Shown here: piece by piece, positions 36,532 to 48,590 of the stretch
Numbering within the stretch: position 1 is the first letter of the stretch
Layout of the letters: every line of letters starts with the position of its first letter
Origin: Ostrea edulis
Lineage: Eukaryota
NCBI RefSeq assembly: GCF_947568905.1
Contig: NC_079173.1
Location: forward strand, 33,852,001-33,916,000
Length of the DNA: 64,000 bases
Direction of reading: 5' to 3'
The notes under the pieces: generated by a model
Database searches by the model: none
Seen by the model: the letters and a program-made list of their open reading frames with translations, nothing else
Told to the model about the DNA's origin: nothing
Position numbers and translations under genes: made by a program

Positions 36532-36641
36532 TCCCTGTAATCTCAAACAGAATGAGAGAATTTTACCTGGTTTGAGACAGGTTTAACTCCCTGTAACCTC
36601 AAACAGAATGAGAGAATTTTACCTGGTTTGAGACAGGTTTA
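36532..36641 (-). repeat. 56-bp tandem duplication spanning the AKR exon 4 donor
   Basis: AAACCTGTCTCAAACCAG|GTAAAATTCTCTCATTCTGTTTGAG occurs twice, giving exon ends at 36623 and 36567. Confidence 0.9.
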
Positions 36642-36781
36642 CCGCCGGCATCCACAAAGTTCTTCATGTTGACTGGTCCAAAGTTCGAGACTCCATAGTA
36701 TTTGATCCGTCCCAGAGAAACCTGTCGATTCAGCTCCTTCACGGAGTCTTCCATATTGTCCAAAAAGATGGGAAAGTGTAC
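36623..36781 (-). CDS. AKR exon 4 (VHFPIF…GRIKYYGVSNFG…KPVSNQ)
   Basis: Acceptor tatttacag|GTA, donor AACCAG|gtaaaa; catalytic His and the G.I…GVSNF signature. Confidence 0.92.
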
Positions 36782-38422
36782 CTGTAAATAATCAGGCTAT
36801 TCCATTTGAATCTACCCACGGGGGTGGAGAGAGGATGTCACTGACGGTGGTGGGGGAGATTGTAAAATATTGAAAGGGAGGGAAGGGACAGATTAAATTT
36901 TTTATGGGGGTGGGGGTGTTTCAGCCAATGAATATGAGTTTATACAATGTTTGCAATGAACTTTGTCCTTTTACAGGTGACTTGATTTACTATTATACAT
37001 GCCCCAAACAGCTTCAGAACTAAAGTTCTTTTAGAGGGGAGGGGGGTGGAGACATATCACAAATCTCTGTTCCAATGGCATTCATTTTTGTAGTTACTGC
37101 CCTTACACCAGAAGTAGGGTGCAGTGCTTACCGATAGGGTCCAAAGATTCTGATGAAATAGTAGTAACAAATAGGATATTATAAAGCGTACGGTGCCAAA
37201 ATCTTTATTATGGGCTGAGTTTTTACAGGTTAATGTTTCATTTCTCTTATATAATAACAAAGTTTATTCGATTTTACGAAGAACACTTTTTAGAATATAC
37301 ACTTCGTTAAATTGAATTGATGGAAAGTGAGGAGTACTATAGACCTATACCCAGTAGGCCTATCTGGTGCTTAATTCTGTCCAAGTAATGGTACTATTAA
37401 TACCAACACTTTATGAGTAATCGGCCGTTAAAAACTAATACTAAATAACAGACATATGGAAACAAAAGTAGGATGAAAACATAATTATCAATATACTTAT
37501 AAATTAACTATTTTTGCCAATACGCTCTGAAACGCTTAGTCCAGTGTTACTGTTTGCACCTTTGTTCATATGTGAGGTGAAGTCCATCGTAAGCTAGAAT
37601 AGAATCTCACTTGATTAATAAATATCATAAAATGAATTAAAAAACCACTTTCATTTTTGATAAACTGCCCTGAAATAGCAAAAATGAAAGTAAAGTGGCG
37701 GATCTAAGCCAGTTTTCTTCCTTTTTTTAATGACAACTTAAGATAATAAGATATGAAGTTAATCCGTTGTTTATCGATGCTTGATTTTGATCTTACAGAA
37801 GAAATAAGATTTGATAATTGTTGAATGAATAAAATATGCCTGTTCGTTTCTTCAATCCATGATTTTAGTCTTGAATCAGCCTTACGGAAATTTCCAGAAC
37901 AAAGTGAGGCAACGTCGTACCAATCGCACATGCTTGGGCCTTTCCGGCAAGCCTAGGCCCATATTTATTTTATGAAGATTTATAATCATTTATAATCTTA
38001 GACCAAGCCTGCTACATTTGATGTCATAATTAGCCCCTTTTGAAAAATCTAAATACTGTACAAGTATGAGATACAATTTATATGATTGTAAGCTTATCCA
38101 CAATACAATGCTTCAATGTTGTTTTTGATCATTTTTGCATACACTTGTATACAATGTATTGAGAGGTTTTCAGTAAGATAAAAATACTAGGCATGAAAAG
38201 AACGCAAATTACATCAAGACAAAATCAGATCTCGGATCCACTCCCGAGTTTGTTATGTTGCTAAGCTTCCTTCACAAGCTACACATACTGTAACTATACA
38301 CCAGATTCCAGGGAATGGAATCAAAGATATTATTTCAATCAAATTGTCCAAAATGGAAACAGAATTCACTTCCATACTCTATCTTTTGCAACACATTATA
38401 ATGCATGTATCTCAAAGTTCAC

Positions 38423-38608
38423 CTGCAACAGGTCGACGTACGAAGTCTTGAGCTTATTGAGACTCGTAGTGACAGCTTCATCGATCTGCTGGGCCGTGTA
38501 GGGTGGGGTGATGGGCCCCTCACGGAATCCAAACTTAGTGGCAATAACTGCGTCCTGTCTCCTGCCCTCCAGGGCAGCCCCCAAAACCTCCTCAGACCCT
38601 GCATAACC
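38423..38608 (-). CDS. AKR exon 3 (GYAGSEEVLG…IATKFG…SLNKLKTSYVDLLQ)
   Basis: Acceptor ttttatactcag|GGT, donor TTGCAG|gtgaac; catalytic Tyr and Lys; SL..L.T.Y.DL motif. Confidence 0.93.
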
Positions 38609-38854
38609 CTGAGTATAAAAATAACATCTTACATGCCAAATTCTGGATGTTCAACAAAATTTGCCATTGTCTTTTAAAATTTAAGATTCCATATTCAAGA
38701 AATTTTATGCACAATTCATAGAAATATCTATCATCAAAAATTAACAATTTTCAGTATACTTTTCAGAATTGCAAAATACTATAAAAGTTGCCTCCCTTTT
38801 CAAAAAAATGTTTCTGTTTTCCCTCAAAATCCTTTGTAACTTATGAAATAATAA

Positions 38855-41320
38855 ATATTAACACAATCTACCTTATCAGGGAAATAATTAATATTAACAC
38901 AATCTACTTTATCAAGGAAATAATTAATATTAACACAATCTACCTTATCAGGGAAATAACTAATATTAACACAATCTACCTTATCAGGGAAATAATTAAT
39001 ATTAACACAATTTAACCTACCTTATCAGGGAAATAATTAATATTAGCACAATCTAACTTATCAGGGAAATAATTCATATTAACACAATCTAACTTATCAG
39101 GGAAATAATTAATATTAACACAATCTAACTTATCAGGGAAATAATTCATATTAACACAATCTACCTTATCAGGGAAATAATTAATATTAACACAAATATC
39201 TACCTTATCAGGGAAATAATTAATATTAACACAATCTACTTTATCAAGGAAATAATTAATATTAACACAATCTACCTTATCAGGGAAATAACTAATATTA
39301 ACACAATCTACCTTATCAGGGAAATAATTAATATTAACACAATTTAACCTACCTTATCAGGGAAATAATTAATATTAGCACAATCTAACTTATCAGGGAA
39401 ATAATTCATATTAACACAATCTAACTTATCAGGGAAATAATTAATATTAACACAATCTACCTTATCAGGGAAATAATTAATATTAACACAAATATCTACC
39501 TTATCAGGGAAATAATTAATAACACAATCTACCTTATCAGGGAAATAATTCATATTAACACAATCTACCTTATCAGGGAAATAATTCATATTAACAGAAA
39601 TATCTACCTTATCAGGAAAATAATTAACATGAACACAATCTACCCTATCAGGGAAATAATTAATATTAACACAATCTACCTTATCAGGGAAATAATTAAT
39701 ATTAACACAATCTAACTTATCAGGGAAATAATTAATATTAACAAAAATATCTACCTTATCAGGGAAATAATTAATATTAACACAATCTACCTTATCAGGG
39801 AAATAATTAATATTAACACAATCTACCTTATCAGGGAAATAATTCATATTAACACAAATATCTACCTTATCAGGAAAATAATTAACATTAACAGAATCTA
39901 CCTTATCAGGGAAATAATTAATATTAACACAATCATCCTTATCAGGGAAATAATTAATATTAACACAATCTAACTTATCAGGGAAATAATTAATATCAAC
40001 AAAAATATCTACCTTATCAGGGAAATAATTAATATTAACACAATCTACCTTATCAGGGAAATAATTCATATTAACACAATCTACCTTATCAGGGAAATAA
40101 TTCATATTAACACAATCTACCTTATCAGGGAAATAATTAATATTAACACAATCTACCTTATCAGGGAAATAATTCATATTAACACAAATATCTACCTCAT
40201 TAGGAAAATAATTAACATTAACAGAATCTACCTTATCAGGGAAATAATTAATATTAACACAATCTAACTTATCAGGGAAATAATTAATATCAACAAAAAT
40301 ATCTACCTTATCAGGGAAATAATTAATATTAACACAATCTACCTTATCAGGGAAATAATTAATATTAACACAATCTACCTTATCAGGGAAATAATTAATA
40401 TTAACACAATCTACCTTATCAGGGAAATAATTAATATTAACACAAATATCTTCCTTATCAGGGAAATAATTCATATTAACACAAATATCTACCTTATTAG
40501 GAAAATAATTAACATTAACAGAATCTACCTTATCAGGGAAATAATTAATATCAACACAATCTACCTTATCAGGGAAATAATTAATATTAACACAATCTAA
40601 CTTATCAGGGAAATAATTCATATTAACACAAATATCTACCATATCAGGGAAATAATTAATATTAACACAATATACCTTATCAAGGAAATAATTAATATTA
40701 ACACAATCTACCTTATCAGGGAAATAATTCATATTAACACAAATATCTTCCTTATCAGGGAAATAATTAACATTAACACAATCTACCTTATCAGGGAAAT
40801 AATTCATATTAACACAATCTACCTTATCAGGGAAATAATTAATATTAACACAATCTACCTTATCAGGGAAATAATTCATATTAACACAATCTACCTTATC
40901 AGGGAAATAATTCATATTAACACAATCTACCATATCAGGGAAATAATTAATATTAACACAATATACCTTATCAAGGAAATAATTAATATTAACACAATCT
41001 ACCTTATCAGGGAAATAATTCATATTAACACAAATATCTTCCTTATCAGGGAAATAATTAACATTAACACAATCTACCTTATCAGGAAAATAATTCATAT
41101 TAACACAATCTACCTTATCAGGGAAATAATTAATATTAACACAATCTACCTTATCAGGGAAATAATTCATATTAACACAATCTACCTTATCAGGGAAATA
41201 ATTCATATTAATACAAATATCTACCTTAGGGAAATAATTAATATTAACACAATCTACCTTATCAGGGAAATAATTAATATTAACACAATCTAATTTATCA
41301 GGGAAATAATTAATACAATC
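38855..41320. repeat. 36-bp minisatellite (33/39-bp variants), about 67 units, in AKR intron 2
   Basis: Unit acacaatctaccttatcagggaaataattaatatta; higher-order block duplications are visible (a rare variant caatttaacc recurs at about 39010 and 39342). Confidence 0.95.
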
Positions 41321-41750
41321 AACCTATATTTTTTCCCCCCAGATTTAATTGATAAAACTTCAGACTCCTGTGCTTTGGCTTGATCTTTAAACAGAATAAA
41401 AGTATGCCTACCATTTAATTATCCCGAACAGTCGGAAAAACTATGAGATAATGGGAAAACAGTGACATATAATGATGGACCTCAGCTTGACCAAGCAAAG
41501 GGAAATAACTTCTACGAATATACCACTCGACTATAGATGATTGTGCTGTAACTAAGTTTTACATCTTGCAATATGATACTACAGTTGCACACACAAACTT
41601 TCCCAATGGAAACCATAAATCAAGGAAGTTTGTCCACAAATATTCCACTATGGGAAGTTTGTCCACTTATTATGAGAAGTTTGTCCACTTATTCCACTAT
41701 GGTGTGATATACAAAAAAAAAGAAACAACAATTACAGAAAGATGTCTTAC

Positions 41751-41813
41751 CTCTGCGGTGTCGAAGAAATTAACACCAATCTCAAAACATTTGTCAACTA
41801 TTGCTTTAGATTC
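41751..41813 (-). CDS. AKR exon 2 (ESKAIVDKCFEIGVNFFDTAE)
   Basis: Acceptor ctatttttcag|GAA, donor GCAGAG|gtaaga; G.NFFDTA motif with the catalytic Asp. Confidence 0.93.
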
Positions 41814-42996
41814 CTGAAAAATAGAAAACATGCACCATGATAAAGAAGAGCATAGCCTGAGACGTACTGATGTAACATAGCAAACCAGAGGCCCACAGGC
41901 CTTACCAGTCACCCGAGTATTACTGATGTAACATAGTAAACCAGAGGCCCACAGGCCTTACCAGTCACCCGAGTATTACTGATGTAACATAGTAAACCAG
42001 AGGCCCATAGGCCTTATCAGTCACCTGAGTATTAGTTAAAAGTATCACTAGTCCCACAGGCCTTATCAGTCACCTGAGTATTAGTTAAAAGTATCACTAG
42101 TCCCACAGGCCTTATTAGTCACCTGAGTATTAGTTAAAAGTATCACTAGTCCCACAGGCCTTATCAGTCACCTGAGTATTAGTTAAAAGTATCACTAGTC
42201 CCACAGGCCTTATTAGTCACCTGAGTATTAGTTAAAAGTATCACTAGTCCACACGCCTTATCAGTCACCTGAGTATTAGTTAAAAGTATCACTAGTCCCA
42301 CAGGCCTTATCAGTCACCTGAGTATTAGTTAAAAGTATCACTAGTCCACAGGCCTTATCAGTCATCTGAGTATTAGTTAAAAGTATCACTAGTCCCACAG
42401 GCCTTATCAGTCACCTGAGTATTAGTTAAAAGTATCACTAGTCCACACGCCTTATCAGTCACCTGAGTATTAGTTAAAAGTATCACTAGTCCCACACGCC
42501 TTATTAGTCACCTGAGTATTAGTTAAAAGTATCACTAGTCCACACGCCTTATCAGTCACCTGAGTATTAAAAGTATCACTAGTCCACAGGCCTTATTAGT
42601 CACCTGAGTATTAGTTAAAAGTATCACTAGTCCACACGCCTTATCAGTCACCTGAGTATTAGTTAAAAGTATCACTAGTCCCACAGGCCTTATCAGTCAC
42701 CTGAGTATTAGTTAAAAGTATCACTAGTCCCACAGGCCTTATCAGTCACCTGAGTATTAATTAAAAGTATCACTAGTCCACAGGCCTTATCAGTCACCTG
42801 AGTATTAGTTAAAAGTATCACTAGTCCACACGCCTTATTAGTCACCTGAGTATTAAAAGTATCACTAGTCCACAGGCCTTATCAGTCACCTGAGTATTAG
42901 TAAAATACGTATCACTAGTCCCACAGGCCATATCAGTCACCTGAGTATTAGTTAAAAGTATCACTAGTCCCACAGGCCTTATCAGTCACCTGAGTA

Positions 42997-45900
42997 CAGG
43001 GCTCGAAATTAGCGAAAAATACTCGCAAAATGCAAGTACATTTGAAAAATAGCGAGTAAAAATAGTGGGCACTCGAAAATCTTAGCGAGTGGTGATTTAC
43101 AAACTATGATCGTATCGTATCCGTTTTATACGGTGATGCGCTATTCGCTTGTCTAAAACTTGCACTCTGAATCATACAAACGCACATGAACGACATATTT
43201 GAACAACCGTTTCTATCCGGATTTTTCTTTTATGATTTTTTAAAGAAAATCGGAGTCAAATAAATGCTTTACAGGTCGGACATCGTGCATCACATTATGA
43301 TGAAAAATATAGACATGTGCCACGAGTCCTGTTCACCTATAGGGGTCATTAAATTGAATTCCAAGTATGAGGTTTTTCTTTTTCGTTTATCTTTTTAAAA
43401 AAATCGGAGTCTATGTTTTACCAAGTCTTCCGGTAGTTATTTTTATCAGAATCATGAGAATGTCCTATCTAAATTAATTTATTCTCATATTGAGGTCGGG
43501 TTGTAGTGATGACATGGGTGCACTGCTCACTGCGTAGATGATTATCAAAAAAGTTCATGGGGCTCGTGACCACGAGTTCAGGATTCGCTTTGAAAAATCA
43601 CTAGTGACAACCTTGATGTGGCATGAAATTGCGGTAAATAGGTTGTGGATTAGAGGTGCGATAATCAAGAGACCTAAATATTGCACCATATGACTCGCGT
43701 AACTTAGTGTCTTGTCCAAATGATGCCTGTTGACCCACTAGGCTCAGTAATGATGGGGAAAATCATTGAATTAAAAAAAAACATGAAAAAAGAGCACTGC
43801 TTTATTATTTTAATTTAGCTTGTAGGTTTTAATTTTAGCCTGTCGATTTTTTACCCACAGGCTAAAATTAGCCTGTGGTAGAAAAAGTTACAGACCCTGA
43901 AACGTGCTACTACACCAGTTGCACGGTACGGTTCGGTACGCTTTATGAACGGTACGGTTCGTTTTCTGAACGGTACGGTTCGTTTCTTGAACGGTACGGT
44001 TCGTTTCTTGCACGGTACGGTACGCTTCTTGAACGGTACGGTTCGCTTCTTGCACGGTACGGTTTGCTAAAAATAGCTGCACGCTTTGTGAACGGTTTGC
44101 ACGTTTTATTAATGAGGTGGGAGTGGCCTGAACGCTTTGACTTCGTATACATTGTACGTTTCGATAGTTTGTTTTCACTCGATCGGTCTTATTCGGCTCT
44201 TTGATTATCGGTTGCAGGATTTGTGGTTGTGTTAGAATGTGCACATGGGGAAATGAGACGTTATTTTTTATTGCTTCGATGGAATAATTCCATATTGATA
44301 ACGTACATAAAAGTTATGAATAAAAGTTTTTAGAATTTGCTTAAGTCTAAGTCTTAATGGTTGTTATTACGTTTCAATTTGTTTTTCATTTCTCATCAGA
44401 CATTTATTAATTTACGATTTTATAAAAAGTTGTTACATGAACTGCTCCCCGACATGGGCGTGCGTAAGTGTAAAAACAAAGCGTATTAAGTTTCCGGATA
44501 TAAATTACAGTGCCTAAATTGGAAAAGTTTTTAAGAAGAAGTGAATTTTGTTTTGAATACACTAAAGTCGCAAATGACACAATGATTATTTTCTGCACTT
44601 CACATTTATCACATTCATCGGCATTATGAAAGATCCAGGATATCTGCACGTGAAGTTTGTACGTCCTTTTTTGTCAGCATTCAGTCATTCATAATTAATA
44701 ATGTTAGATATCTGTTGCATTTGTCTTTGAATCAAATAAAATGATGATAATACATATATATTCCTATCCTTTATCACGCGAAGTCCGATTTTCATTTCCC
44801 TGACTTTATTTTTGATCACTGAAAATTGAATTTAAAAAAATTAACAGAAAAGTAAGGCAAGTGTATAGTTTGCAATAAAAATGTTTCATATACCTTTTCT
44901 ATATATTGTTGAAATACTTGAAAATGCTGAAATGAATAATTTTTTGCGGCCGATTTGATGCTTTGCATCAATTTAACTTGTTTACATTCTTTTACACATG
45001 TATGTATCTATTTATTTCTCTGTCGATGTAATTAAAAATTGTTTATTAGTGTATATAATAAATCCGCCAATCTACATCTATCTATATGGGTCCGTTATCA
45101 ATGTAGAAGAGAAAAAGATATGTCAAAATTATTGCTAATAAAGTAATGAAAATATTACAGTGTAGAACGTGACAATTTTTCTAATCGGTTTAGAAATTTC
45201 TCATATGATTCAGACACTGTACGTAGGAAAGTACATATTGAATACATTAACGCTACAAATATCAATTTCATCTTCTTACGGCAAGCCCTGTGCCATACGT
45301 GTAGTAGCATTATCAGGGACGTCGACGTCCCTGATTATATGAAGAAATTAAATATGCTACTTGTAAGTACTATTACAGTATTGTAGTTAACTTCACCCTT
45401 GAATTTAAAAGAATTGATTGAAACAGAAATTCCGTTAAAACAACGAAATGCCCCTTGGTTCACTCTTTAAAAGTCTGCAAGTGAAATATACATCCACAGT
45501 ACACAGGACTGGCTGCAGAAGCATGCATGCAAAATCCGTGCAGTGATCTGACGTCTATTTCTGTTAACAGTTCACAGTATAAAACGAATTTTTATGCATA
45601 ATTCAGTCAAAACTTGGGTACTTGTTGATAACATACATACACATATATGCACTGAAACAATGTGACATTTACGGAAAGTAATTTAAAAAAAAAAGAATAT
45701 CAAAGATGTTTTAAGCATCTCGGTGATTTTCACAGTTGATAACCCAGATGTTTGAGGATAATGCTTCGAATAGCCAGCGATAGTCTACAACCTCCTTTCC
45801 CATCGGGCGCCATTGTGAAAATAATATACTGTGGCTGAAAAAGTGGGTCACGTGACATAAATTGCACGCTTTCTGCACGGTACGGTACGCTTTCGGGCTT

Positions 45901-46135
45901 TTGGGGGCGGGGTTTGCATAATATTATCCTGCACGCTTTCTGAACGGTACGGTTCGTTTCTTGAACGGTACGGTTCGTTTCTTGCACGGTACGGTACGCT
46001 TCTTGAACGGTACGGTTCGTTTTTTGCACGGTACGGTACGTTTTTTGAACGGTACGGTTCGTTTCTTGCACGGAACGGTTCGGTTCGTTTTTAAGGCGTA
46101 GTAGCACGTTTCAGGGTCTGTAATTTCGACCCCTG
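42997..46135. mobile_element. Non-autonomous DNA transposon with CAGGG termini and probable 5-bp TSD (hAT5-like), about 0.9 kb without its nested insert
   Basis: CAGGGCTCGAAATTA … TAATTTCGACCCCTG; flanks GAGTA / GAATA (1 mismatch). Confidence 0.72.
43891..46120. mobile_element. 2.2-kb non-autonomous Tc1/mariner-like element with 21-bp subterminal tandem repeats
   Basis: TA|CAGACCCTGAAACGTGCTACTAC … GTAGTAGCACGTTTCAGGGTCTG|TA; arrays of cggtacggttcgtttcttg(a/c)a inside both ends. No transposase ORF seen. Confidence 0.8.
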
Positions 46136-46934
46136 GAATATTAGTTAAAAGTGTCACTATAGTCCCACAGGCCTTATCAGTCACCTGATTATTAGTTAAA
46201 AGTATCACTTTAGACCCACAGGCCTTATCAGTCACCTGATTATTAAAAGTATCACTAGTCCAAAGGCCTTATCTGTCACCTGAGTACTAGTTACATGTAA
46301 TAGTATTACCAGCCCCACAAGCCTTATTGGTCACCTGAGTATTAAAAGTATCACATGTCCCTGGGTCAAGCCTTATCAGTTAACTGAGTATTAAAAATAT
46401 TACTAGTCCCACAGAGTATATTCTTTTCTGCTTTTTCTAAATATGCATTTAGTTTTTATACTGCATCAGCAAACTTAAAGATTTTTGAAAATTTGTCAAC
46501 TTTTGACAGTTTTTGCCCCACTCCTAAGGGTCTAGGTGTGCAGGAGAACTGAAATTTACAATTTATGTCCGCCTTATCTTAAAGATGCTTCATACCAAAT
46601 TTGAAAAGAATTGGATGTTAGTTATATAATCATATAAGTGAAAATTACAGTGAAGAGCTAGTTTTGTTCAGAAAGACAAGACAGAATGCATAGCTTTAAT
46701 TTAAAAAAAATCACTTAAGTCCCTCAAGTAAATCAAATAAAAGGAAGAACGGAGGGCATAGCTTTAAACAATTTTCCAAATTATAAAGGAACCCGTCCTT
46801 GTACAAAACAGTGCTGGTCCACGAACCGGACTCAATCCTTAGGCCAGCTATGGCTAATTTCAAAGACTGTACATGTATTTACCCGATAAATGACAGTAAT
46901 AATATCCAGCTGCACCTTAACTGAAGTTAAACAT

Positions 46935-47140
46935 CCCTATAAGTGTGGACCATTAGAAGCACTCATTCAGTACCAGACCTATAAGTGTGGACCATTAGAA
47001 ACACTCTTTCAGTACCTGACCTATAAGTGTGAACCATTAGAAGCACTCATTCAGTAAGTGTGGACCATTAGAAACAGCCATTCAGTACCTGACCTATAAG
47101 TGTGAACCATTAGAAGCACTCATTCAGTACCAGACCTGAG
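46935..47140. repeat. About 42-bp tandem repeat, about 5 units
   Basis: Unit cctataagtgtggaccattagaagcactcattcagtaccaga. Confidence 0.85.
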
Positions 47141-47304
47141 CTGAACCCTTTCTGACCTCCATATATGTACAATTGGGTGTAAACCCCTCATACCTGTACA
47201 GGTACATACACTTTACAGAGGTGGTAAATTTCAGTAACTGTCTCTAAACACATGCAGAAATAAAAGTAGATTAGACAGGTTTAGATTTTAAATGTAAATA
47301 TGTC

Positions 47305-48590
47305 CTGTGAGTATGGGAATCCTGTGAGTGTGAGTATCCTGTGAGTGTGAGTATCCTGTGAGTGTGAGTATCCTGTGAGTGTGGGAATACTGTGAATGTG
47401 AGTATCCTGTGAGTGTGAGTATCCTGTGAGTGTGGGAATCCTGTGAGTGTGAGTATCCTGTGAGTGTGGGAATCCTGTGAGTGTGACAATCCTGTGAGTG
47501 TGAGTATCCTGTGAGTGTGAGTATCCTTTTATCCTGTGAGTGTGAGTATCCTGTGAGTGTGGGAATCCTGTGAGTGTGGGAATCCTGTGAGTGTGAGTAT
47601 CCTGTGAGTGTGAGTATCCTGTGAATGTGAGTATCCTGTGAGTGTGAGAATCCTGTGAGTGTGACAATCCTGTGAGTGTGAGTATCCTGGGAGTGTGAGA
47701 ATCCTGTGAGTGTGAGTATCCTGTGAGTGTGAGTATCCTGTGAGTGTGAGTATCCTGTGAGTGTGGGAATACTGTGAATGTGAATATCCTGTGAGTGAGA
47801 ATACTGTGAATGTGAGTATCCTGTGAGTGTGAGTATCCTGTGAGTATCCTGTGAGTGTGAGTATCCTGTGAGTGTGAGTATCCTGTGAGTGTGAGAATCC
47901 TGTGAGTATCCTGTGAGTGTGAATATCCTGTGAGTGTGAGTATCCTGTGAGTGTGAGAATACTGTGAATGTGAGTATCCTGTGAGTGTGAGTATCCTGTG
48001 AGTGTGAGAATCCTGTGAGTGTGAGAATCCTGTGAGTGTGAGTATCCTGTGAGTGTGAGTATCCTGTGAGTGTGAGTATCCTGTGAGTATCCTGTGAGTG
48101 TGAGAATCCTGTGAGTGTGAGTATCCTGTAAGTGTGAGTATCCTGTGAGTGTGAGTATCCTGTGAGTGTGAGTATCCTGTGAGTATCCTGTGAGTGTGAG
48201 TATCCTGTGAGTGTGAGTATCCTGTGAGTGTGAGAATCCTGTGAGTGTGAGTATCCTGTGAGTGTGAGTATCCTGTGTCAGTGTGAGTATCCTGTGAGTG
48301 TGAGAATCCTGTGAGCGTGGGAATACCGTGAGTGTGAGTATCCTGTGAGTATCCTGTGAGTGTGAGTATCCTGTGAGTGTGAGAATCCTGTGAGTATCCT
48401 GTGAGTGTGAATATCCTGTGAGTGTGAGTATCCTGTGAGTGTGAGAATACTGTGAATGTGAGTATCCTATGAGTGTGAGTATCCTGTGAGTATCCTGTGA
48501 GTGTGAGTATCCTGTGAGTGTGAGAATCCTGTGAGTATCCTGTGAGTGTGAGTATCCTGTGAGTGTGAGTATCCTGTGAGTGTGGGTATC
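47305..48590. repeat. 17-bp minisatellite (11-bp deletion variants), about 75 units
   Basis: Unit tcctgtgagtgtgagta. Confidence 0.95.

Larger units (their letters stand above)
41870..46410. repeat. 49-bp minisatellite (41870-42996, resuming 46136-46410), split by a transposon insertion
   Basis: Unit cccacaggccttatcagtcacctgagtattagttaaaagtatcactagt; the array stops at …cctgagta and resumes gaatattagttaaaag. Confidence 0.92.

Noticed and set aside
39344-41206. 620-aa ORF (NYFPDKVDCVN repeats) as a gene
   Set aside because: It lies wholly within a 36-bp intronic minisatellite with no promoter or splice context. Kept only as a low-score curiosity.
43875-46235. ORFs with RYGS/NRTVQ repeats as a transposase
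   Set aside because: They translate the 21-bp subterminal repeats; no DDE/D motif is present.
18640-48590. CRISPR-like appearance of the 32-49-bp arrays
   Set aside because: Units are head-to-tail with no unique spacers, no cas genes are present, and the context is eukaryotic and intronic.
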